From contig JAUZTB010000033.1 in NCBI GenBank assembly GCA_034780895.1, positions 30,537,820 through 30,601,819 on the forward strand: DNA of 64,000 bases, in the 5' to 3' direction. The DNA comes from Rhynchobatus australiae. Taxonomy: Eukaryota. Within the stretch, counting starts at the first letter, position 1. Each line of letters begins with the position of its first letter. This document shows positions 1-10,250 of this stretch, in pieces. The notes beneath the pieces were generated by a model. The model ran no database searches and was not told where the DNA came from. It saw nothing but the letters and a program-made list of their open reading frames with translations. Both the position numbers and the translations under genes were made by a program.

Positions 1-1350
1 CCATATGCCCCAAAATGTGAACCTCTCGATAGTGCAGAGTATAAATGGGAGGATATCCAGGGCATGTTTGAAAAGAACTGCAATTGTCATAGGAGATTTT
101 AATATACATATTGATTGGACAAATCAAACTGGCAAGGATATCGTAGAAGAAGAATTTGTGGAGTGTGCTGGGTTTTGCTTCTTAGAACAGTATGTTACCG
201 AACCTACCCCAGGAACAGGTCATTTCAGAAATGGTCATGAGTAATGAGGAAAGATTAATAAGAGATCTTAATGTTAACAATCACGTTGTGACCATAATAT
301 GACAGAATTCCAGATGCAGTTTGAGAGGGTGGACACCACAGGACGACACCACTGTCTTTAACTTAAATGAGGGCAATTATAATGGCATGAAGGTCAACTG
401 GGAAAATAAGCTAAGAGGGATATCAATGGGTTTGTGAAAGTGGTTATAAAAAGGCAGCTGCAGTTTAATCCAGACAAAGGTCAAATGATGCACTTTGGGA
501 GAACTAATAAGGCCAGGATATATACAATGAAGTAGGGTCTTAATGAGTACTGGGGAACAGAAGGACCTTGGGAGTACAAGTCTATGGATCCTTGAATGTG
601 GCAATGCATGGTTTGGAAGGCATATTGGATACTGGCCTTCATTAGTCAGGAAATTGAATACAGGAATAGGGAGGTTATATGTCAACTTTAGAAAACTTTG
701 GTCGGACCTCAGCTACAGTCCTGCATGAAGTCTAGTCACCAAGGTATAGGAAGGATGTGATAGCACTGTAGAGGGTGCAGAGAAGATTCACCAGGGTGTT
801 GCCTGGGATGTAGCAATTCAGTTATGAGGAGAAGCTAGGTCTGTTCTCCCTGGAGTGGAGGAGATTAAGGAAAGACATAGGTTTAGGGTAAGGGGAAGAG
901 AGTTAGAGGGGATATGAAGGGGATGTTCCTCACCCAGAGAGTGGCAAGTACAGGTCCTCCTCAGGTTATGACAAGGTGCCTTCCCTGTGAACAACAATAA
1001 CCCGAACAGTTTGCATGTCAGAAATGTGGCCGTAAACCAAGTTCTGATGTGGTAGAAGATGCTGCCAGTTTCCAAACGTTTGCTCGTATGTATGGGCTGC
1101 ACATAAGTCGGGTGTTCGTAAGCTGGGAGGACTTGTACTTGGAATGCACTATCTGAGAGAGTGATTGAAGCTAGGTCGCTGACGGCATTCAAAAGGTGTG
1201 TCGATGAGCACTTGAATCAATTAAGCACAGAGGGCTATGGACCAAGTGCTGGGCGATGGCATTAATACGGAAGGGTGCTCAATGGTCAGTATAAATGAGT
1301 TGGACCAAATGGCCTGTTTCCATGCAATACAATTCTTTGATTCTACAATT
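1..1350 (+). mobile_element. Decayed CR1-type LINE (endonuclease remnant, RT C-terminus and 3' tail), internally deleted and interrupted by a MITE
   Basis: ORF 5-244 contains VIGDFNIHIDW and FLEQYVTEPT (CR1 APE-like). 740-950 has a LERVQRRFTR-type region. The 3' tail ggaccaaatggcctgtttc...ctttgattct is CR1-like. Confidence 0.85.
951..1135. mobile_element. Tigger/pogo-like (Tc1-mariner) MITE inserted into CR1
   Basis: TA on both sides (949-950, 1136-1137). Left end caggtcctcctcaggttatga versus right-end reverse complement caagtcctcccagcttacga. Removing it restores CR1 gagagtggcaagTActtggaatgcact. Confidence 0.85.
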
Positions 1351-2479
1351 CAGACTCCAAACTCTCTGCTAATCCTCCCAGTTCTGACAACCAAACTCCC
1401 CCCTCCCCACAACCCCCCCGACTCCCCAAGGCCTTCAATACCTTGATTCACTTTCCACCCTAAAAGGCCCACAGTGTCCACCTATTTACTGCTATAGCAA
1501 CTCCCCAGCCCCAAATGGGTCTCCAAGCATAAGACCTCTCTCGCCCTGACTTTCCAAACAATATGTTTTCTTTCACATGTTGCATTGTACATAGAGGAAA
1601 GTGCACAATGGTGATTCAATACTACCAGAGGCTTTGGACCCCAGACACTAACGAATTTTGCTTTCAGCAATGTCAGTATGCTTCCTGGGGCTTTAATGTG
1701 CTATTATAGGAATTATATTTTAAGAATTTATTAAACTTTTAGTCTGTGCCATAAAGGTTTACTTTAACAATATTAAATGTACCATAAAGTTTTATCTTTT
1801 TTAGATGTTATAATTTGCCCTTTTAACCACATGTACATGGAATTTGGAGTTTTCAGGCAATAACTTACTCCTAAAGCATTAGTTGCAGAACTTGCTGTGC
1901 TAACCATCTGGATTCCCCATTAATTCAGCAGGACTAGGGTTAATGCCAAATGGTGGGTTTCAGAAACAATTCTTTAACACAGCCAAGGTTAATTTAAATC
2001 CATGTACTCTACTTAACATACAGTGTCAGTTTTTCATTTCTCACAGGTGCTAATCCTATTGTGCTATGGTGTTGCTGCTGCCTACATGAGTGTTGACCAC
2101 GATGACATATTCACTTATGTTTCTACACTTTGGGTATTTCAATCCTTTAAAACTACATTAACTATTTCCAAAACTGTGACTGCAAGACAAAGTGCTATTT
2201 CTGCAGCAATATTTTTTCAATTCAATATGGAATTATCTAAAAATTTGTCAGGCATAAAAATATAATAGACAATTAAGTACTTGAACAATACTTTGAAGGT
2301 ATTGGATATGAATTGGATAGAGTAGGGCCTCACACCTTCTCTACTCTATAATGTTCTATCAGGAAAAAGATTTGATGAAATCACAATACCTTTGCAGTCA
2401 AATCATAGTAAACAATCATTAGATGTACTCAAAACAATTACTTTCAGATCTATGAGGAATGTCTTTTGTACAACAACCT

Positions 2480-2720
2480 TGACGTTGGAAGAGTTAGTGA
2501 ATCAATGCCTCTGTTTGAAACTGAATCTAAACAGGGACTGCATGTAGTCAGTGGATGTCTGGATGTCTCAAACAAACTGAACCTGAAGTCCAATCAGAAC
2601 TCAACTCTCACTAGCTGGCTGCAAGTCAAATGGAAAAAAAAGGCTGTAAGGCTTAACCCTAGCTGTCCCCTTTTCAATCACTCCAATCTCCTCTGAGCTG
2701 GAGAATAGCAGCTGGGTGAA
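2480..2720 (-). mobile_element. Old tRNA-derived SINE fragment (AmnSINE2-like)
   Basis: Degenerate similarity to the copies at 15830-16080 and 51124-51480. Family name is from memory. Confidence 0.35.
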
Positions 2721-2949
2721 CAGCTGGCAAATAGGATTAATGTCATAAGAATAAAATAAAAATCAACATATGTATCAGCCTCCGGTGTTAGGACTCTGCC
2801 TGATTGTGCCTTCATGGATGGCATGTGTGCAGCTGTGAAGTGCCAAGATGGCATACTTCAATGCACTGCAAGGTCATCGTCTAACTACAAAACTTGATAA
2901 GTGCTTACAAAGCAGTTAGGCTTCTTCTTATTATAGGTTCTCAGACTAA

Positions 2950-3225
2950 GTTTCACACCAAGCAAAAATAGGAAAAAGTCAAACAACTTGGCTGAAGAGG
3001 TAGGTTTTAATGAACACCTTAAAAGAGAGATGAAAAATGGAAAGAAATGCAAAGCAAAATCCAGAGTTTAGAGCTTAAGCAACCGAAAGAACAGCCACTA
3101 TTGGTGGGATGAAGTAAACTAGGGATGTCAGAGATAGAAAGACTCGGATTTCTTGCAAAATAGTAGGGCTGGAGGCAGTTGCAGAGGTAGGGAGGAATCT
3201 GGGCATTGAGAAGCACAGTGCTCCA
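2950..3225 (-). mobile_element. L2-type LINE 3' fragment
   Basis: gaggtaggttttaa...cttaaaagagaga...ccagagtttagagcttaagc...gggctggaggcagttgcagaggtagggagg resembles the reverse complement of the L2 3' ends at 21075-21360 and 44050-44340. Confidence 0.6.
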
Positions 3226-3377
3226 GGATTTATGTTCCCTAATTTTCATATAACTACATTAATGAAGATAAACTTTTTTAAAAAAGTGTTTCTCAATTCA
3301 AGTGCAGTAGAATCATCAAGATATAATACTAATTGCTAAAATGATTGGCATAAATATTCTATTTTCTATTTACAATA

Positions 3378-3609
3378 CAGGCAACCACTGCATTATGGGG
3401 GAGAGTTGTGTTCCTAGAAAACGGTCTGTATCACAATTTTCTGTAGTGCATAAAGAAATGCATGCTGAAAAAAAATTAATTTATGTATTTTTTTCATATA
3501 AATTCCATGAGGGTGAATTTTATTCCATATGAATTTTTGGGCACGAGTTCTGTAAGTTCTGTAAGTGTGCATTTCTGATGCCGAACCACCATACCGTGGG
3601 GATTGTCTG
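3378..3609. mobile_element. Tigger-like MITE
   Basis: TA flanks at 3376-3377 and 3610-3611. Termini caggcaaccactgcattatgg versus reverse complement cagacaatccccacggtatgg (14/21 match, CAG start). Confidence 0.65.
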
Positions 3610-3854
3610 TACTGTAAAATATAAAGTTAGAACATTCGATAATGTCGGTAATTCTAAATTTTTTGGTTATAATCTGGTTACAACATTAAAGTGTGAAGTG
3701 AAAATATGTAATTATACATTGAAACATTGTCAGCCATAGTAGTTCAGTAAAACAACCAATTTCCATTCATTCAATAACAGATGAATACAACCCCTTTCTG
3801 AAGTTAGCTCCTCGAGGGTGATTATTTTGGTGCTGAATGAAATTTAAGAAAGGA

Positions 3855-3978
3855 AAACAAATAAAACTGCAAAGGCTGGAATCTGAGACAGAAACAGAAA
3901 TGCTGGAAGAACTCAGCTAGCAAAGCAGCATCTGTAGAAAGTTAAAATTTCAGGTTGTAGACCCTTCATCAGAACTGT
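3855..3978 (-). mobile_element. Penelope-derived pLTR/short repeat with hammerhead-like core
   Basis: Plus strand tgctggaagaactcagc...gcagcatctgtaga. Minus strand agttCTGATGAagggtctacaacctGAAAttttaact. Confidence 0.75.
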
Positions 3979-4309
3979 CCACTCTCTACTTTTGAAATTT
4001 AAGGAAGTTACTTTAAAAGATTTTGTACTCTGCTGTGCATATAAAGGTACAGTGAAGGAGTTTTGCTCTGTTTATTCTTTTTTCATGTTGTGCTATTGAG
4101 AGATATTGGAAGAAAACCGATTTGTTTGACAGAGAAATACAAAATTATTGTCCTGATTGAATTTAAATCGCACAAGTTTAGAAAAAATTAAGTATGAACA
4201 TTTAGAAAATATCCACCTTCTTCCCAAATGTTGGTTTTGACAGGCTTGGTTTTCTATAAATTAGAGTGATGCCAAGTTTTAATGTTGTAATTAAATCAGA
4301 TTTAGAACA

Positions 4310-4630
4310 CTGATTGCTGACAGGTCAAGTCCAGGATAAATGACCAGAAAAGTGCATACTTGTGTAGCACTTTAGTTTGACCAGGTCAAGTTCAAGTCTA
4401 GGGTTTACAAACTGAAGAAATGATATCAGTACTTCAAAAAGATCCACCCAAGTTCAGCAGCAACGACTAGTTTATCATTAATTAGATCAATGCAAGCTCA
4501 GGGTTAATAGGCCGGATAAGTGAATAGCCATAGCATGTTAATTGGATAAGGTCAGGCTCATGGCTAATACACTGAAGCTGTAAATACCTGCATCATATTA
4601 ATTAGGTAAGTTTAGAATTAGAACTAATGT
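4310..4630 (+). repeat. Degenerate ~60-bp tandem repeat (about 5 units)
   Basis: ttaattagatc (4478), ttaattggata (4538) and ttaattaggta (4598) recur at exact 60-nt spacing. caggtcaagt recurs at 4321 and 4382. Confidence 0.6.
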
Positions 4631-4699
4631 ATTCAGTTCACTGCAGATTGAACTATTTTAAGTTAAATGGAGGTGTTTATCAGTCTAATATTGTACAAA

Positions 4700-5250
4700 T
4701 TTGCATAAGGATATACTTGCCTTGGAGATGGTGCAGTGAAGGCTCAAATAATAATTTTTAAAAGTTTCCTGGGAATAAGAAGGTTGTTTTGGGATGATGG
4801 GAGTTTCCTTTGAGTAAAGATTTAGTAGAATGGGATTGCGCTCTGATTTTAGAGGGATGAGAGGTAATCTCAAAGAAAGCTATAAGATTTTGGAGGGGAC
4901 ATTTGATGGAGGTGGTGGGTAGATGCTGTAAAAGAGGCTTTCCTTGATTAGTGAGTGTGGAACTAGGGAGCATGCCCTCAGGTTAAGAGGTTAGTCACTA
5001 AAGACTGAGATGAGAATGAATTACTTCTCTCACAGTGTTGCAAATCTTTGAAATTCTCTACCCAAGAGGGCTGTGGATGCTGATTGTTTGAGTATATTGA
5101 AAGCTGAGATACATTTTTACACTCTGGGGGAATTAATAGACATGGAGATACAGCAGGAAAGTGGATTTAGGCCAAAGATCACATCATGATCATTGAACAG
5201 TAGAGCAGACACAGGAGGCCGCATGGCAGTCTTTTTCTGTTACTTATTTG
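4700..5250 (+). mobile_element. CR1 LINE 3' fragment
   Basis: aaggatatacttgccttggag, gatgagaggtaatct, ttcttctctcacagtgttgcaaatctttgaaattctctaccc and the tail all match the CR1 RT C-terminus and 3'UTR. Confidence 0.8.
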
Positions 5251-5354
5251 CTTATTTCTCAGTATTGTGTCTATCATCAGCCCCTACACTGATAGAGTTA
5301 AGAGTCAACCACATTGATGGTCTAGACACAAGAATAGGTCAAAATAGAGAAGCA

Positions 5355-5577
5355 CAGAAGGATTCCTTCACTTATGGACATTAGTGAACCAGATGTTTTC
5401 TTTTACGACAATCTAGTAGTTCCATGGTTACTTTTTTTTAATTCCATGTTTTTTTATTGAATTACTTAAATTTGAATTCCCCAGCTGGGATGGTGCGGTT
5501 CAAACTCCTGTCTCTGGATCAACAGTCCAGAGCTCTGGCTGCTCGTTCAGTAACTTAACCACTCTGCCACTGTACCC
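5355..5577 (-). mobile_element. tRNA-derived SINE, 5' part
   Basis: Minus strand has an A-box-like gtggcagagtgg and a B-box-like gagtttgaacc. The body gattgtcgtaaaa...ggttcactaatgtcc is shared with 24825-24870. Confidence 0.7.
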
Positions 5578-6633
5578 TGGAATTACCAAAGCATCAACAG
5601 ATGTTTCGGCAGTCTGCCACTTTAAAATTCTTGTTCTGACAGATTTTTTTTAAACTCAGCTTAAGATATCATACATAATGTTTTGATTTAACCCCATTGT
5701 ATTTTGCAGCACGTTCTCATAGACTGTGCAATAAAATAACTTATCATATTGCATCTTAAAATATGAATTTAGAAGTTTTAACTTTACTCCAAATTTCTCC
5801 TGTGATGTTGCTGATATACAGTTACAGTGAATGACCACCTTGTAGAATCTCACCAAAGCAGCCACATTCCATCTATAACTTCAGGCAGTTAATATTGGCA
5901 GTCCATTCATCTATGGCTAGTTTAGTAAGCAAGTTCAATCCAAACCTCATCTCACATTCCTTCCAGCAGAAACAATGGAATAATGATAATAAAAAAAGAA
6001 TGGGGGCCTTGAGTGCATTATTTTTACTTTCTACTGGATAGGGGCAGTGAATTGAACTGTAATAACCCTAACTTTATTCAACATAGATTGGGGGCTTAAC
6101 CTGGAATATGGGCATAACCTGAAATAAATGAGTTACCTGGAACTAGGCCTGTGAAAGATTTTTGAATTCCTAAAGGGATTCATATAAAGGAACTGAATAA
6201 ACATGCAATGTTTCAAAAACAAACTCAAAATTCAACTGTTTATGTAAAATAAATGTTAAAGAGAGTCCTCCCCCACCTAATATGAATGGCTCTGGTAATG
6301 AATCCAGCAGTTCTCACTTCTTGCTTGAATTAGCTCTTTGTGTCCCATTGGAGAATAAAGTCTGCTGGATCACTCACTATAGACTTATTATGTTTCAATG
6401 AGTATTTTACACACAGCATTTGGCACAATATATTGTGGAATACACTGGTGGGTACAAATTCAGCATGATCAATGCAAAATAAATTGGATTTTGAATTAAG
6501 TTCAAATCCACCTAGAAAGATAAAAAGTGTCTCATCATCAGATACTTCAGATTTGAGTGTACCCTGTTAGATAGAAATACATTAATTAAGATCAAGGGTC
6601 CAGTAAACTATGGCTTAGTGGGTAAATATACTT

Positions 6634-6808
6634 GTATGGAATTTCCGTGGGGCTCATTATTCCAGTCTTCTGCTGTAACTTCTATGGTGGACCCGAGGAA
6701 TCCCCTGAGAAGCTAGACAAATAGCCAGCCTTTTTACATACATCAGGATATCTCATAGCCTCTCCCTCAAGTTACATCAGGATAATCACTCCACTGAATT
6801 TCCAGGTC
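6634..6808. mobile_element. Degenerate palindromic MITE-like element
   Basis: Left ggaatttccgtgggg...tctgctgtaactt matches right reverse complement ggaaattcagtggag...cctgatgtaactt. Confidence 0.5.
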
Positions 6809-9800
6809 ACTATCTGATTATGTAGGATTACTATATGATTGTAAAGTAAATATATGTGATCAAGAGACGAGGAAAGGTTTGGTGGCTTTGCCTAGCAGGA
6901 CATATAGCCTGGGTTCAGGCACAAAAAATATCCACTGGATTGGTAAGCTAAGGGTGTTTGTCACCCACAAAACCAAATCCCAACACAAGTTATCGTCATC
7001 AGGAGAGACTGGGAATAGATTAAAAATTAATAATGGCCAGCAGCACAGAATTGAGAAATGGGTTACCCCCTAATCAAACTGCAGAAAAATAAGAAGTATC
7101 CATCACCCAGAATTCTCATCCTGAATACAAGCCACACTATTTCCCAGAATTTGCATTCACTTCATGGAGCCACATTATTTGCTCTGTTTCCTTCAGTTCT
7201 GTTGTGTGACATTTAAACATCTGTCATGCAAACCTTGTGGCCTTGTGGAATGTCCTTATGCATTGAAAGTATTTTGAAGGGAAGATTTTTTTTAGCTCTA
7301 ACTCTGGGAAATGCTGCACAAGCAATCTTGTCATTGGCATGTTATGCACAATTCCTAGCATTTGCCCTTCCTGACCTCTGCACATGGGATCACAACAGAT
7401 AAAGTCAAACACATCAACATCTGTTCTTGTTCACACTGATTTTTTCAGTTTAAAAATCTTAGCTATTCCTGAACCAGGTTCCATTGCACAATGGCAGATT
7501 TAAGATTTTTAATATAATACTGATTCTTAACATCAGTGCTCTCTAGATGGTATCCATATTGGTGGCTATCATGCTCAGTTAGGGTTCACTGCCCAAACAT
7601 AAAATCAGACTTGAACAGACAAGAAGACTGAAATTTTACCAAAGGGAGACAAGACAGCAATTACCAGATTGAAAGTGAAGTTCAAAACTAGCCTATTATT
7701 TGAAGAGATCTGAAGAGCAAATGACCAACATAAACTGGTCAAAGGCCCCACTTACAACACCGCTAATGTTGCTGCTAATGGCCCTCACATACACCAGAAA
7801 AAACAAACTGGTACCATCACTGCACACCAGCCTAAAGGTTAAAAATAACACCACCTTTTCTCAAATTGCAATGGATAGGATGGAGGAGAATTAAATTTCC
7901 TTCCTGCTGAGGCATGTACCATTCTGATTAAAATGTAGCTGGAAGCAAGAATTATTTTCCCATTTTCAATAAAATAATACATCAGGTATAAACAAAACCA
8001 AAATGGGGAATGTATTGTTAGGGTACCTATTTTGACAGTTTTAATGGAAACTTAATGAATTGGATGCCAAATCTGAAAAAAAAAAGGAACAGAAAATACT
8101 GGAAGGGACCAACACATTCATCAACACATGAAGAAAAAAAGATTAGTTACAATCTTAAGGTGAGATCCTTGCTGGATTTAAATATTAGGAGTTTTTCACC
8201 AATTCTCTTTCAACCCACCAAACAACCTTCTCCTCTCAACCCTCAGCTCTTCATATTTAGAGTCTCCCATATCCTCAATTACAATCCCAAACCTTCTTAT
8301 TATATCCCTCAATCTCTTTCTTCTAAGAAGACAGTTGTGGATACAAACCAATACAAGCATCACTGTCTGTTATTTAGTCTTCACATACCTCAGTGCACAT
8401 TCAATTGTTTTTATGAAGAGAATAATCAGAAAATCCAATTGACAAGTGTGAACACCATTGGTTAAAGTGAGCCCCTTAGAACGTATATTGAATTTAAAGC
8501 CAATTGCATATGTGTATGCGCCTGCCAAGTAACAGGCCAATAAAAGATACTAAGTAGTTCAGAGTTCCAGTTTTGCCTCTTATTTTAATCAGTCTTCTAT
8601 CTACTACTTCAGTACAAGACTTGCATGATCATTCATTACATCATCAACAGACAATCAGTCACTAAATAATTTATCATGTATAAATTTTGTCATGTAAATT
8701 TAAAGCATATGCATTGTTTGTGTCATATTAAGGCACTAAATAAGCTTTTTAATAAGGTGCTCCTAAATTTAGAGTAAGTGGATATAAGATGCTAACTTTT
8801 AAAACAAAATACCAACATTAAGTTGCCACTGTGATTGTACTGTTACTGCAAAGTCAACATTTAAACAGAATTTCAATTGAATATTGTAATTATTCACGAG
8901 TACTCAAATTCATCACAGTCTTTGCTTCTAAATTTTCCGTGTGTGAGAGTGTCTGTTAAGTGTGCATGAGAGTGTGTGAATCCGTGTAAGCTTGAGTATA
9001 TGAATCAGCATACTAACATGGGAATGAAAAGATTCAATAATCAGTGCTCAATTCCACTAAAGTGGGCTGGAAATTGCTGGGAAATACTTACTCCTACACA
9101 AACAATCAGGAAGTTTGGAACTCCTGTACAAGAAGACTAAGTCCCAAACTTGCTAGTCAAGTTCTGCCAGCAGTTTCTTGAACATACTATGGAGTCCAAT
9201 GATGAAGCACAATGCAAACTTTCTGAATTTCTCACCAGTTCTGCCAGGGATTCTGCCTGCTGAACCAGCACTTAATTCAACCCAGTGCAAGGACAGTAAA
9301 CTCATTCATTTGAATGGAAAAGAACAACTGCAATGGAGTGAGGAAAGTACAATGTTTAAAGTAAAAATCATAAATGTTTTCTTTAATGTTCATAACTGTT
9401 CAGAAGTATTTAAAAGTGCTTTAATATGATTTTTAATGGTTCATTTTTTATTGTTTAATTTATTGTAGATTTTAAGTGTTTCTGAAGTTATGGCCATTCA
9501 GAATTATTCAAAGTTCTCGATAGTTTTGATAACTGGCAAAGCAGTGGCAAGGCATTGCTAGTGGTCAAAGTATGTTTCAGCTGGTTTATCAGCTAGCTCT
9601 GTTCTGGCCCTCCCACATGATGACATTACCTCATTTTAGGCCATGCCACCACATAAGGCTTGCCATGTTGGATCAGGACCTTACTTGCCAGCAGATCTCT
9701 ACTGGAGGTTCCACAAAGGACATGTTCATACTTTTTCCATTTGTCAATGGAATGCTCTTTGTTCCAAAAATCGACTTGAGTCGAATCCAAGCATTCCATT

Positions 9801-9889
9801 GTTAAGAGGCCTAATTTGGCAGATTTTTTAACCTTTATTTTTTACATTTGTTTTCCAGTATGGTCAAGATCTCATTTGGTATCTGCATT

Positions 9890-10250
9890 CCTGATGTGAT
9901 ACTGAAGCAGATGATCAAAGAATATCCCTGGCTTGATCCGTAGTCTAGAGTGAGGCTGGTAATTCTGTCAAGGGCTGTAGAAGCATTCCTTTTGGCTTGA
10001 AAGTTCTTAATGAGGAAAGGAAGAGGGTTTAGGAAATATCAGATAGGCTTCCAATTCTTGTGACCTTACTGAAAAGAGCATTAGTCTTATTGTCAGGTTG
10101 GTGGAGAATCAGGCTTGCATTCTTCTTACATCAGTTAACCTGATGGTACTCATTGTCTGGGCTCATGCATGAAGAATAGCAGCATGGTAGCAGTGGCTGG
10201 CAAATGTCCATGGAAATACCCTAGAACCTTCAGCAATGGGACGAAGCACA
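9890..10250 (+). mobile_element. Old SINE (AmnSINE2-like)
   Basis: actcattgtctgggctcatgcatgaagaatagc resembles the remembered core actcactgtctaggctcacacatgaagaatggc. Confidence 0.55.
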
